DNA of 64,000 bases from Limnothrix sp. BL-A-16 (GCA_041937175.2 CP166615.1:2880001-2944000); one strand, 5' to 3'. Positions 32,329 through 43,119 are shown, counted from the first letter of the stretch. Notes: generated by a model not told the origin, from the letters alone. Made by a program: numbers and translations.

Positions 32329-33639
32329 CTATCGGGGAGCAGTGGCGGCACTGGCCCCGCCATTTTCGCCATCCTTCAGGTTGGCAATTTCCCCTTGCAA
32401 CACTTCCAAAGCCTTGGCGTATTGGGCATCTTCTAGCGTGCCAATTTTGTCGCGATTTTCGCTCAGGAACTCCCGTTGTTGATCGGTCAATTCCACCTTG
32501 ATATCGGGATCGATCCCGTGTTTGTTGATGTCGCGACCGCTGGGAGTCAAATATTTAGCCACCGTCACCGCCATCCCGGAACCATCGCCCAGGTTGCGCA
32601 CCGACTGCACCAACCCTTTCCCAAAGGTTTTCGTACCAATCAAAACAGCGCGCTTATTATCCTGCAACGCTCCAGACAGAATTTCACTGGCACTGGCCGA
32701 TCCTCCATCCACCAAAACCACGAGGGGTTTGCCTGTGAGGGCGGTGCGGTTGGCCTGTTGGCGATCGGTCTCGCCGTTGCGATCGACCGTGGACACGATC
32801 GCCCCCTCGTTCATCCACATCCGCGCAATGTCAATGCTGGCATACAGCAAGCCACCGGGATTGGAGCGTAAATCCAACACATAGCCAGAAACATTTTGGG
32901 ATTCTAGCTTTTGGATGGCTTCGCGCATTTCCGTGGCCGCGTTGGCGCTGAACTGGGTCAGGCGAATATAGCCGATCGGGGCTGTGCCGTCCTTGGGCCG
33001 CTCGCTGAAGCTCACCGGATGCAGCTCAATCCGGGCCCGCTCGATCGTGTAAGTCATGGTGCGATCGCCCCGTTGCAGGGTCAACACCACCGTGGTTCCC
33101 ACCGGGCCGCGAATCAGCTTCACGGCTTGGTTAATATCCATCCCCTTGGTGGATTTGCCGTCAATGGTCAGGATTTTATCCTTCGACAAAATGCCCGCCT
33201 TGGCCGCCGGGGAGCCATCGATCGGGGAAACAACGACCAATTCCTTGGTTTTCTTGTCTTCGCCCAACTGCAACCCCACCCCCGTCAGTTCGCCGGAGGT
33301 GTCGATTTGCATGTTGCGGAACTCATCGGGATCCATGAAGCGGGTGTAAGGATCGCCGAGTTTTTCCAACATTTCCCGAATCGCTTTGTAGGCTGCTTCG
33401 GGTTGGGTATAGTCGCGGTTCAAGTAATCTTGGCGCACCGCTTGCCAGTCCACCTGGTTGAAGGTGCCATCCACATAGAGCCGATCGACAATTTGCCAAA
33501 CCTCGTCAATCACTTCCTTCGGGTTTTCTTGGAAGAAAGCATGACCTTGCGAAAGGTGAATGCCCGCGCCTGTCAGAGTCACAGCAGCCACCGTTGTGGC
33601 CGCCGCACCTAAAACGAGCTTGCTATTCGCGATCGGCAT
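32329..33639 (-). CDS. ctpC: Carboxyl-terminal processing protease (S41)
   Basis: PDZ domain, LDLRSNPGG, SASASEI, FGKGLVQ. Confidence 0.88.
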   Translation of the reverse strand: MPIANSKLVLGAAATTVAAVTLTGAGIHLSQGHAFFQENPKEVIDEVWQIVDRLYVDGTFNQVDWQAVRQDYLNRDYTQPEAAYKAIREMLEKLGDPYTRFMDPDEFRNMQIDTSGELTGVGLQLGEDKKTKELVVVSPIDGSPAAKAGILSKDKILTIDGKSTKGMDINQAVKLIRGPVGTTVVLTLQRGDRTMTYTIERARIELHPVSFSERPKDGTAPIGYIRLTQFSANAATEMREAIQKLESQNVSGYVLDLRSNPGGLLYASIDIARMWMNEGAIVSTVDRNGETDRQQANRTALTGKPLVVLVDGGSASASEILSGALQDNKRAVLIGTKTFGKGLVQSVRNLGDGSGMAVTVAKYLTPSGRDINKHGIDPDIKVELTDQQREFLSENRDKIGTLEDAQYAKALEVLQGEIANLKDGENGGASAATAPR

Positions 33640-33715
33640 AAGGCTCTAGTTCATCATTCGCGCGTCTCATTCTCATCATAGTGTTTTGCCGGGTCGATGG
33701 CGATTGGCAAGGAAA

Positions 33716-35470
33716 TTAGGACATCACTTGATTGAACAGGCTGCCCAGGGCGATCGCTTGGGCCCGGGGCATTTGGCCATAGCTGAACCGATAGGGAATT
33801 TTTGACCCCAACAGCGGCCGCATGGTTTCGAGCAGGTAAGGACTGCCGTATAAAATCACGCCCGCCAATTGGTGGGATTCCTGAAGGGCTTTCAGCCAAG
33901 CGATCGCCCCTTGGGTGAGGTTGGCGCTGCCTCGGAAGGGATTGCCCCGGGCAAAAATTTGCAAAAGGGTGGGTTGTTGGGCCGCCAGGGAACCGATCGC
34001 CTCGAAATCCACCGGGCTGTAGCTGTCTACAATTTGCAGTTGCCCGATGCCCCACTGCCGCGGCCAGGCGATCGCCGGGACAAATTGCCCCAGGAAGTCG
34101 CTGGCGATCGCGTCATCCACCACGATCAAATTGCGGGCGATCGGGCGCTGGGTTGGAGTATCGGCCGGGGAGCCGATCGCCGCTGCGGGGGTCAGCTCCG
34201 CCAACGTGCCCAAATTTTCCAAGGCTTCTTGGGCCAAGGTGCGATCGGGCGTTTCGGGTGTCTCGGGCGATCGGGGCAGAACCAACACCCCATTGCCACC
34301 GCCTAAGCTGCCCTCCAAAATGGCCGTCACGGTGGCCTGGTGCTGGGGCTGGCCCAATTGTCCCCGCAGGTCGATCGCGCTGGGGGGAACATCGGCCGCC
34401 TGTCGATCGGCCCCCTGAAAAACCTTGCCCTTGGCTTGCCAAATCCGCGCCACCGATTCCCGAATTCGTTCCGGGGAAATGCGTCCCGCCTCCACGGCCC
34501 GCGCCACGGCCGCGATCGCCCCCGGGGGATCCACCGGCATCAACAAAATATCGGCCCCCGCTTCCACGGCCATCACGGGCGCTTCGTTGGCCCCGTAGTG
34601 CCGGGCGATCGCCCCCATCACCAGCGCATCGGTCACAATCAGCCCCCCAAAGCCCAAGTCTTGCCGCAGCAACTGGGTCAAAATCGGTCGCGACAGGGTG
34701 GCGGGCCGTTGGGCATCGAGGGCAGGAATTTGCAAATGGGCGCTCATCACCGCATCCACACCGGCCTCGATCGCCGCCACAAAGGGGGGCAGCTCGATCG
34801 CGTTCAATCGTGGGCGATCGTGGGGAATCACCGGCAGAGACAAATGGGAATCGATCGCCGTGTCGCCATGGCCCGGAAAATGCTTGGCCGCCGTCAAAAT
34901 CGGGAATTGATGGGCCCCGGCAATAAAGGCCGCGGCCAGTTGCCCGACCAATTGCGGATCGTCCCCAAACGATCGCACGTTAATCACCGGGTTAGCCGGG
35001 TTGTTATTCACATCCACCACCGGCCCCAACAACCAATTCAGCCCGATCGCTTGGGCTTCCGCTGCCGTCATGACCCCCAAATCGCGAGCCAGGGCCAACG
35101 CTTGGGGGCAATCCTGCTGGGCCAACGCGCCGAGGGCCATCAGGGGCGGCCCTTGGGTGGCTCCCCCAAACCGCTGCCCCACGCCCTCTTCAATATCCGC
35201 CGCAATCAGCAGAGGCACGGGGGCCCACCGTTGAAACTCATGGGTTCGCAGCGCCACTTCCGCCGCACCCCCACCCAGCAGAATCACGCCCCCCACGCCC
35301 AACTCCTGGATCCAAGATTCCAGCACCGAGGCGATCGGCTCCCAAGCGGGATAGCGAATTTGGGCATCGAACAGAAAACCCGAAGCCCGCACAACAACCA
35401 TTTGAGCAATCTGTTGGCGCAGGGTCAGGCGATCGAGGTCGGGCAAGGGGGATGGGGCCGAAACAGTCAT
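33716..35470 (-). CDS. Glycoside hydrolase family 3 (NagZ/beta-glucosidase-like)
   Basis: ADIEEG, KHFPGHGDT..DSH, VTDALVM. Confidence 0.9.
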   Translation of the reverse strand: MTVSAPSPLPDLDRLTLRQQIAQMVVVRASGFLFDAQIRYPAWEPIASVLESWIQELGVGGVILLGGGAAEVALRTHEFQRWAPVPLLIAADIEEGVGQRFGGATQGPPLMALGALAQQDCPQALALARDLGVMTAAEAQAIGLNWLLGPVVDVNNNPANPVINVRSFGDDPQLVGQLAAAFIAGAHQFPILTAAKHFPGHGDTAIDSHLSLPVIPHDRPRLNAIELPPFVAAIEAGVDAVMSAHLQIPALDAQRPATLSRPILTQLLRQDLGFGGLIVTDALVMGAIARHYGANEAPVMAVEAGADILLMPVDPPGAIAAVARAVEAGRISPERIRESVARIWQAKGKVFQGADRQAADVPPSAIDLRGQLGQPQHQATVTAILEGSLGGGNGVLVLPRSPETPETPDRTLAQEALENLGTLAELTPAAAIGSPADTPTQRPIARNLIVVDDAIASDFLGQFVPAIAWPRQWGIGQLQIVDSYSPVDFEAIGSLAAQQPTLLQIFARGNPFRGSANLTQGAIAWLKALQESHQLAGVILYGSPYLLETMRPLLGSKIPYRFSYGQMPRAQAIALGSLFNQVMS

Positions 35471-35583
35471 GGCAGCAACTCTAGGCAATTTCTCGCGATT
35501 CCTGGTGGAACCATAACCAACAACGCGGCCCTGCGGCGAAATTCCTGATTGCCACGATCGTTAACGAACCCGACAAAGGGCCG

Positions 35584-35689
35584 ATCGTCAAATTGCCTGA
35601 AACCCCGATTCCACCGTTAGCGGATCGTGGGAGACGAGGGGCTTAAGCCCCTTGTTACGACGATTGGGGCACGGAACATGAACCATTTC
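35584..35689. repeat. 106-bp dispersed repeat containing the REP-like palindrome, copy 2
   Basis: Aligns without gaps to 15653-15758. Confidence 0.8.
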
Positions 35690-35729
35690 AGCCTCACATC
35701 GAGCAATGACGATCGGGTCTAACCGCCTC

Positions 35730-36311
35730 TCAAGGTAGGTCGATCGCCCCCATGGCCTCAAGGGCTTTCCACAACACTGCTACCCCCACTTGTTCCGACA
35801 CCGCTTGGGGATCAAACTTGCCATCAGCCACGTACTTTCCCGTTTGATAGTGATTGCTCCCGCTCCACAGATAGGGCGTGAGCACCGTGGGGCGATAGAG
35901 CCGATAGCCAAAACCGTTGAACCGCTCGGCTCGCCACAGCCAAGCCCCCAAGGAGCGATCCTTCACGCGCGGGCCGTCAAACTCCTTGAGGGTGAGGGCA
36001 TCGATCGCGCTGTCTTCCCAAGTTTTGAAGGGGCCCCGCCCGATCGGCTCGATCGTGGTGCGCTGGCTGAGGGGTTGCCCGTTGTGTAAATGGCAGCGAA
36101 AGTCACAGTTGGACTCTAAGTTATGAATCGCCGCCACAAACCACCAGGGCACTTGAATCGCAGTTTCAATGGCCCCATAGCGCGATCGCAACTTCAAGGC
36201 TCGATCGGCTGCTTGTTTGGCCCTGGCTTGCCAATTGGAGCGAATTTGGCAAGTTTCCCAGAGGCGATCGTATTCAGGCTTCAGATCCGGAAGGCGGGTG
36301 GAGGAAACCAT
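35730..36311 (-). CDS. Lysozyme-like family protein (COG5526-like)
   Basis: VPWWFVAAIHNLES, HLHNG, FNGFGY, PYLWSG, GKYVADG. Confidence 0.75.
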   Translation of the reverse strand: MVSSTRLPDLKPEYDRLWETCQIRSNWQARAKQAADRALKLRSRYGAIETAIQVPWWFVAAIHNLESNCDFRCHLHNGQPLSQRTTIEPIGRGPFKTWEDSAIDALTLKEFDGPRVKDRSLGAWLWRAERFNGFGYRLYRPTVLTPYLWSGSNHYQTGKYVADGKFDPQAVSEQVGVAVLWKALEAMGAIDLP

Positions 36312-36434
36312 CGCGAGGACAACGACTGGCGTTGCAATCTCTCTGCTAAGTCCACGATAACGCTGGGCGGGAGGCAGGCAACTGGGTTGAGGGAATTGTT
36401 AACAGCGATCGACCGGGAGACGATCGGGCCACCC

Positions 36435-37157
36435 CTACTCTTGGACCAGGGATCGAATGGCCGCCCATTCTTGATCGCTCAAGGGTTCTTCCTCCAGCTC
36501 GATCGCGAACGTGTCCCGAGCCGCCTGGGTCAGGGTCGCCACCAGGTGCGATCGGGACAGGGGCGGCAATCGGGGTTCCGGCGGCTCCGTGCCAAAGATC
36601 TGGCCATGGAGCGATCGGTTGGGATGCAGGGCGATCGAACCATGCTGCAACACCGCCGCGCCTCGCAGATATTGAGCGCTGCCGATTAACTTTTCGCCGC
36701 CGTCAGCCAGCACCAAATCCGCATCGGTGGCCAGCGCAAAACAGTTGGCTTGGTTACGCAAACCGACCGATCGCCCCTCGCCAAACCGCAACTCCACCCC
36801 CAGAGCCTGCCAACCCGCAATCAAAAATTGACAAATGCGGCAATAGGCATCCCGACGGCTGCCGAACTGGGAGCCAATGACCGCATAGGTGAGGTCATTC
36901 CCATGGAGCACGGCCCGGCCCCCCGTGGGCCGCCGCACCAGGGGAACCGGGCGATCGGCCCATTGCAACTGTTCCCAAGCGGCCGGGTAACGCCGTTGAT
37001 GAAACCCCAAGGAAATCGTGGGTTCCGACCAGGTATAAAACCGCAAAACCGGCGGGCCCGCTGCTTGAACATGCTGCTCAAACAACCAGCGATCGATCGC
37101 CATTTGCACCGCGCCGGATTCGTTCAAGGTTGGGATCAGTCGCCAGCGATCACCCAT
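36435..37157 (-). CDS. Lipoate-protein ligase A family protein
   Basis: RRPTGGRAVLH, KLIGSAQ, LQHGSI. Confidence 0.9.
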   Translation of the reverse strand: MGDRWRLIPTLNESGAVQMAIDRWLFEQHVQAAGPPVLRFYTWSEPTISLGFHQRRYPAAWEQLQWADRPVPLVRRPTGGRAVLHGNDLTYAVIGSQFGSRRDAYCRICQFLIAGWQALGVELRFGEGRSVGLRNQANCFALATDADLVLADGGEKLIGSAQYLRGAAVLQHGSIALHPNRSLHGQIFGTEPPEPRLPPLSRSHLVATLTQAARDTFAIELEEEPLSDQEWAAIRSLVQE

Positions 37158-37214
37158 AGCCTCAATTTGTGAATATATCAATCGCGGCCCCACAACTCGC
37201 CAGGACAAGCCGCC

Positions 37215-37664
37215 CTAACCAAATTCCGCTTGCAGTGCTTCGTCATTGTCATCAGCGATCGAAGCTACCAACGTAATCGATCGGGAAATTTCCCCCGGCG
37301 ACAGTTCCGCCACCGTGCGGGTTGTGGTCACCACCACGGAATTTTCCGCGATCGCATAGCGAGCCTCAAAGGTGCTTAACCAATTGGCCGCCATCAGTTT
37401 TTTCAGCAACCCGGCCTCGTCCTTCACCGGCAAATTCAACACCGATGACCAAACCGTCAACGTGTCATCGTCCGTTTCGCCCGTCAGTTGCACATAGACC
37501 TCCACCGAGCCGTATTGAAACCGCCAAAGGGACGATCCGCCGCTGCGATTCACCATGGCGCTGTTTTCCGTCGCCAAGCTGGAGATCACCGTTTCGATCG
37601 TCTCGATCGCGCTGGTGGGTTCTTCTGCCATATCCAACAAAGCTTCTTCCGCCGCCGTTGTCAT
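37215..37664 (-). CDS. YbjN-domain protein
   Basis: WRFQYGSVEVYVQLTG, LSPGEISR. Confidence 0.75.
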   Translation of the reverse strand: MTTAAEEALLDMAEEPTSAIETIETVISSLATENSAMVNRSGGSSLWRFQYGSVEVYVQLTGETDDDTLTVWSSVLNLPVKDEAGLLKKLMAANWLSTFEARYAIAENSVVVTTTRTVAELSPGEISRSITLVASIADDNDEALQAEFG

Positions 37665-37815
37665 AGGTCTAAGTCAAGGATTAAGTCAAGTTCGCGGGCT
37701 GGAGGGGGTTTAGCGCCGCATGATGCCGATCCACTGGCCACAGGCCAGCCACCCGATCGCCCCCATGCCCACCCCATCCAGTGTGGTCGCAACGCTCGAT
37801 CGATGCAACTGATGC

Positions 37816-38934
37816 TTAACGTTCAGGGCGATCGCTCGGCTTCCGGGCCACCCAATATTTGCTCAGGAAATGGGCCGCAGTTTCCACCCGCTCAAACCCG
37901 GCCTTTTCCAAATAGGCCACCAGATCATCCGTGATGTAGTGGCGATAGAACGGTTCATGGAACGCCGCCGGGAACCCCGCCAACACCGGCTCCAACTCCG
38001 GCACATCCGCTGACTGAATCGAATCGCACAGCACCACCGTGCCCCCCGGCTTCGTCACCCGGAACAGCTCTTGGATTACCTGGGAGCGCACCGGCCCCGG
38101 CAACTCATGGAACAGAAACGTGCTGGTGGTGATGTGGAAATAATTATCCACGTAGGGCAGCGCCTCTCCTTGGCCCTGAGCCAGTTGGGGCAGCTCGCCG
38201 GGCTGTTGCGACAACGCCTGATTTGCCTTGCGCAGGTAGGCCGGCGACAGATCCAGCCCAAACAGCGCCGCCTTGGGCAGCACCGATCGAATGAACCGCA
38301 GGGTGCGCCCCGTCCCGCAGGCCACATCCAACACCCGCAGATCGCGCCCCGTCACTTCTGGGAAAGCGCGTGCCCCCTGGGCGATCGGGGCCAATACTCG
38401 CCGCCGCATCGCATCCGCCGTTCCGTTAAACAGCAATTCCACCTGCAAATCGTACAAATTCGCAGACCAATCGCTCAGATAGCCATCGGTTTGGTAGTGG
38501 AAATTTTGCAGGTAATACTTCGGATAACCGTTGGTGTCGATCGAGGGCGAAAACTCCTGAAAACGCTGTTCCGACAGGCGCATCCAAGTTTGGAACCCAT
38601 CCCAAATCACCAACGGGTAACACTTCAGAAACTCATCCCAAGCATTTTCAAACACCAACTCGGGCCCATAAACCCCCTGTTCCACATCCTGCCAGTCGGT
38701 TTCCAGTAGCGTTTGCATCCGGCGCTGCAACAACTGGAACACCTCCGGCGGCAGGTTTTGATTTCGTTGGGGCAGGGGTTTGATCGCATTCAAAACCCGC
38801 CTGTTCATTTGCTTGTGGGCCAAGCTAAAAGCCCCCTTGCCCTGCTGGAAGGTCTGATAGGCCAGCTTCAGCAGGTCATTCGGACTCGGCAGCGGAAAAG
38901 GTTGCTGTGGGCGGCGATCGGTGGTGGCAGTCAT
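37816..38934 (-). CDS. Class I SAM-dependent methyltransferase
   Basis: LDVACGTG, YYLQNFHYQTDGYLS, FLFHELP. Confidence 0.88.
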   Translation of the reverse strand: MTATTDRRPQQPFPLPSPNDLLKLAYQTFQQGKGAFSLAHKQMNRRVLNAIKPLPQRNQNLPPEVFQLLQRRMQTLLETDWQDVEQGVYGPELVFENAWDEFLKCYPLVIWDGFQTWMRLSEQRFQEFSPSIDTNGYPKYYLQNFHYQTDGYLSDWSANLYDLQVELLFNGTADAMRRRVLAPIAQGARAFPEVTGRDLRVLDVACGTGRTLRFIRSVLPKAALFGLDLSPAYLRKANQALSQQPGELPQLAQGQGEALPYVDNYFHITTSTFLFHELPGPVRSQVIQELFRVTKPGGTVVLCDSIQSADVPELEPVLAGFPAAFHEPFYRHYITDDLVAYLEKAGFERVETAAHFLSKYWVARKPSDRPER

Positions 38935-39135
38935 GGCAATGGGAAATTTTGAAGGGCGATCGACCCGAGACCGGGAATGCGTCGATCGCTTGGATTATTA
39001 AGGGGCAAGTCCCCGGCGAAAACCAAACCCCGATGGCAATTGGGGGCGGTCTTGAGGGTCTATTGTAACGAAAACTTTACGATCAATCGGACGATCGCCC
39101 CGGTCTGCCGTAGATACTACGTTGCTTGCTGGTTC

Positions 39136-42021
39136 TCACCCTACGCCTACGCTTACGGTTCTGATGCAATCGGTGCTGACCCAGGCCGAGCGATCGCCCA
39201 CCCCAGGCGGCAAACCGGGCCCCACCACCGGCTCACCCGATCGCTCGGCCGCCGCCACAGCTTGGTTGAGTTGAAACAGGAAGGCAAGGGGATCGGTGCG
39301 ATCGTCCCAACCGTAGGCCGCCGCTACCGCCCGATCGAGGGTGTCATGGGCCCGGTGCAGCGGCGTATCCCCCGGCTGATCCAAAGTTTTATACAAATCC
39401 CGCAGGCTCCATTGGGCTTCGGCCATCAGGGTTTCGCGTAGTTGGCGCAGGGATCGGGCAGCTTCTGCAACGGCCGTGATTTGGGCGATCGTCACCGTTT
39501 GCGGCCAAGGAAAGGTGTCGAAAACGGTGTTGGAAGTGTAGCGAAAGTCGCCTTTCAAGGTTGAACATTGGCGAGTAAACCATTGCCAATGCAACGAGGA
39601 TTGCAAAACTCCAAAGGAATAGTCATCATCGAGGGCAAAGACCTGTAAGGCATCACTAGGCCGAATGGTCGAACTAATGAATGTAAAGATCGGCCGTTTC
39701 GTCACTCGGCTGGCCACAATATATCGGTTCAGGGCTGAAATTTTGTGAATCATCTCATCCCGAGAACGCCAGTATTTCCACCATTTTTGCAAATGACTTT
39801 GGCGGGGCCCCGTTGCTTTCTTGGTTTTCGCAAATTCATCTTCTGCCAACTGCTTAATCGCTGGATAGACAGTTTGTTTAATGTGTTTCAGCAAGCCGGG
39901 ATAGGACTTAACCTGATCTAAAGACTGACAGTGGTTTAAGTCAATAATTGATCGTAGAGACAATAGATCACGATAGCCCAGCAAATCATTACCATTTAGA
40001 TAAGGGTAAATATAGGCTAGTTCTTTAGCTGATAGTTTGGCTTGTTGCCTATCAATGAAAAATCCCTCATGGCCGTGGGTTTGACCTTGATAGCAAGCTT
40101 GCGATCGCACGTTAGCTTGAATCACGACCGCCTGAGTCACATCAAACTCGGAACTGAGGGCCGCATGAATCTGAGCGGGATGCTCTGTGCGCCAGGGGCT
40201 ATCGAGGCGATCGCCTAACTGGGTGATTAGGGTTTTCTGGCCCGTCCATTCTCCCTTAATCCAGTTAACGATCGACACATGAACCGCCGCTGCCCCTGAC
40301 CAAACTTGACTGGAAACCGCGTGGGTAATCGTGCCGCCATTTTGCACAATGTAATCAAGATCGCCTTCGCGGGAATAGTTTTGGCGAATCGTGTTGGTTC
40401 CCACCAATCCAGCACGTTGGCCGGGCTTCAGGTGATCGTGCGATCGCCGCAACCAGTAGACGCAATAATCAGCTCGCCCAGGGATTTCGGGATAGCGATC
40501 GCGCAGGGTTTTCACATAGGCGGCTCCCAGTTCCTGTTGCATTTTATTTTTGGATTGGAAGGGCGGATTACCCACAATCACTTCCGCCGCCGGCCAGGTT
40601 TCCAGCATCAAGGCATCCTGTTTACGGATATTTTGATCCAAAGTATCTAGGGGCAAGGCCGGTTCATTTAGCCCCAGCCGATCGATCGCCACCTTCCGCG
40701 CAATCATCAGGGTGACTCGGGCGAGTTCCACCGCAAAGGGATTAATATCCATCCCAAAGAATTGCAAAGGTGTAATTAAACTCAGCCGCCGGAGTCCTGT
40801 TTTTTCTAAAGCAGCAATTTTATCTAACAAAACCTGTTCAACCTGCTTGAGTTCCTGATAAGCAATATAGAGAAAGTTACCTGAACCGCAAGCCGGATCA
40901 AGTACTCGATAACGCGATAGTTCCAGATGTAATTGATTGAGCTGTTTGAGATTATTAGCTTGCTCGATCGCCTGTTCCCAAGGCTGCACGATCGAGGGGC
41001 GAATGATCTTCATGATGTCGTTTTCGGAGGTGAAGTGCATTCCTCCCGCATGGCGATCGCGATCGGTTGTTGTTTGCTCAAAAATATTGCCGAAAATGGC
41101 AGGCTGCACCTTTGTCCAATTCTGATCAGCCGCCACTTTCAGCAACTTCAACTCATCCCGTTCTAGATGAATTGCCGGAATTTGGGCAAATAGTCCGCCA
41201 TTAAAATAATCTGTGCCTTGAAAGCGACCATAGGGCGTTTTGCCCTGTCGATTCATTTGTCGAAATAGCCCTTCACACAAGATGTCATAGGTGCTTTCGC
41301 CGGGGTCATCGCTGTTTTGAGGCAAGCACCGATCCAAGCAGTCGGAAAAACGATTGGGCGGCAACAGACCCCGCCCCTGGGCAAACATGGCCAACACACA
41401 CTGCAACACAAACCGCTGGGCATCGGCTTCGGTGTAGGGTGGCTTTTTCAGGCGATCGCGCCGGTCACAGAGCGATCGATACAGCAGCCCCATGCGCTGG
41501 GCCGCCGTTGCCGTCACCTCGACAATTTGCCCATCGCGAAACTTGGGTTTTGTCGCGCCACGCTCCATGAAGCGGAAGGCTTCGGGATGAAACGGCAACT
41601 CATCGAGGGCTAACCGCTCAACGGGAATGCTGACCGACTGGGTGAGGTCGTAAATCCAAAACTGCTCGAAGTTACAAAGGATGATGTATTGCGGTTGAGG
41701 GGTCAGGCGTTGGGCATAGCCCCAGGCTTGATTGTAGTGGCGATCGAGCTGTCGTTCCGATCGCCGCTTCAGCTCAATCAGCAGTGACCCATCGGGCCAA
41801 TACAAGTCGGCGTAACCCGTCTGGCCCTTACGGCTGCCCTGATCCACCACTTGCTCGATCGTTGCCCCCGCTTGCTTCGTTCCGGCATACCCAAACGCCT
41901 GAAAGAACGCCTCCAGAAACGGCCCGCTATTGCTGCGTTCCGTAGCTGCGGGTTGCGACAGGATATAGGTTTGGCAAAAGGTGACAAACTCCTGAAGTCG
42001 ATCGTGGTTGACTGGCGGCAT
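39136..42021 (-). CDS. MmeI-like type IIL/IIG fused restriction endonuclease-DNA adenine methyltransferase
   Basis: N-terminal ADL...IELK nuclease motif, FNGGLF, DPACGSGNF (motif I), NPPF (motif IV), C-terminal TRD with RYTSNTVFDTFPWP. Confidence 0.9.
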   Translation of the reverse strand: MPPVNHDRLQEFVTFCQTYILSQPAATERSNSGPFLEAFFQAFGYAGTKQAGATIEQVVDQGSRKGQTGYADLYWPDGSLLIELKRRSERQLDRHYNQAWGYAQRLTPQPQYIILCNFEQFWIYDLTQSVSIPVERLALDELPFHPEAFRFMERGATKPKFRDGQIVEVTATAAQRMGLLYRSLCDRRDRLKKPPYTEADAQRFVLQCVLAMFAQGRGLLPPNRFSDCLDRCLPQNSDDPGESTYDILCEGLFRQMNRQGKTPYGRFQGTDYFNGGLFAQIPAIHLERDELKLLKVAADQNWTKVQPAIFGNIFEQTTTDRDRHAGGMHFTSENDIMKIIRPSIVQPWEQAIEQANNLKQLNQLHLELSRYRVLDPACGSGNFLYIAYQELKQVEQVLLDKIAALEKTGLRRLSLITPLQFFGMDINPFAVELARVTLMIARKVAIDRLGLNEPALPLDTLDQNIRKQDALMLETWPAAEVIVGNPPFQSKNKMQQELGAAYVKTLRDRYPEIPGRADYCVYWLRRSHDHLKPGQRAGLVGTNTIRQNYSREGDLDYIVQNGGTITHAVSSQVWSGAAAVHVSIVNWIKGEWTGQKTLITQLGDRLDSPWRTEHPAQIHAALSSEFDVTQAVVIQANVRSQACYQGQTHGHEGFFIDRQQAKLSAKELAYIYPYLNGNDLLGYRDLLSLRSIIDLNHCQSLDQVKSYPGLLKHIKQTVYPAIKQLAEDEFAKTKKATGPRQSHLQKWWKYWRSRDEMIHKISALNRYIVASRVTKRPIFTFISSTIRPSDALQVFALDDDYSFGVLQSSLHWQWFTRQCSTLKGDFRYTSNTVFDTFPWPQTVTIAQITAVAEAARSLRQLRETLMAEAQWSLRDLYKTLDQPGDTPLHRAHDTLDRAVAAAYGWDDRTDPLAFLFQLNQAVAAAERSGEPVVGPGLPPGVGDRSAWVSTDCIRTVSVGVG

Positions 42022-42115
42022 TAGGAATCGCGGATGAGCAGATAGGAAAAGGACTGGACAGCCATCCCTATTAAAGCGTTGATTCTCGATGGGGCAAGCG
42101 GTTGAGACTTAGCCC

Positions 42116-42179
42116 ACCCCAAACAACGAGAAGCGATCGAGCCGGGCTTGCCAACACAGCAAACGACTCGATCGCCTCT
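42116..42179. repeat. 64-bp direct repeat, copy 1 (hairpin)
   Basis: 62/64 identical to 43340-43403. Confidence 0.9.
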
Positions 42180-42232
42180 GAAGTTACGACTAATTCATCA
42201 GCTCAGATTTAACTGAAACGGCTGCATGAAAT

Positions 42233-42970
42233 TCATGATGAATACTGAATGGGCTGAATATTCAGCTCTGCCTGCCATTGGCTCAGGGGCTTTTCCCATC
42301 CCTCTTCCCACTTTTGAGCAAACAGGGGTTGAGCGGCCTTACCCATCTGAAATCCTTGAGCAATTGCCTCTAGCAAGAGTGGCAATGCTGTTGGTGCGAT
42401 CAGCGTGCTGGTTATTAAACTGCTAGCCACTACCATGCTAGCCAGTGGGTAGGGAAATTGTGGCAAATGAAATGCCTGTAAACCAATTTCACCAATTTCA
42501 GAGGGAGCAAATCCAGTCACAATATGCCAAAGATCATGGGTTTGGCTCAGGCGCATTTCAACATACTCAGCATCAGATTGGGCAGCCATTCCAGCATGTA
42601 AATTGGGATCAAAGCCCTTTTCTTTCATTTCTGCTGCATAGATATACCCCAGCGAATCAGGAGGCAGGGTCAGGAGGGTTTCTAAATCATGAGCGGGTGG
42701 CAGATAGCGCTCACGGATTAAGGCGGCACAAGCTGGATTCTGACTGAGGTATTGTGCTGCCAAAGCGTAGGCGGGAGTTTCCAGCAAGCCATCCACTAAT
42801 TCGCCCACTGTTTTTAAGCTATTGCTGCCAAGGAGCATTGCAGTGAATGACTTAAAAATCAGAATCTTTGAAAACAACGACTTCACACCCTGAAACAGGG
42901 GATTTGATGCCGGTGGTTGCATGGAACTGGTCAAAGAGTCGTTCAATGTTGCTGAATTAAGCGGTTGCAT
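42233..42970 (-). CDS. Coq4-family protein; start uncertain
   Basis: LPPDSLGYIY, HDLWHIVTGF...GEIGLQAF, KWEEGWEKPL. Confidence 0.85.
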   Translation of the reverse strand: MQPLNSATLNDSLTSSMQPPASNPLFQGVKSLFSKILIFKSFTAMLLGSNSLKTVGELVDGLLETPAYALAAQYLSQNPACAALIRERYLPPAHDLETLLTLPPDSLGYIYAAEMKEKGFDPNLHAGMAAQSDAEYVEMRLSQTHDLWHIVTGFAPSEIGEIGLQAFHLPQFPYPLASMVVASSLITSTLIAPTALPLLLEAIAQGFQMGKAAQPLFAQKWEEGWEKPLSQWQAELNIQPIQYSS

Positions 42971-43119
42971 AGACAGTAGCTCCAGGGAACTGCAAAGTGA
43001 ACCCAACCACCTCTCAAAAGAGGATGAAGTTGCTGAATAGTCGGGAGAAAGCTAGCACTTTCATTCGTTAACTCACACCCTGGCGGGACAGTGCTTTCAG
43101 GGGTGAGTCAACTCATAAA

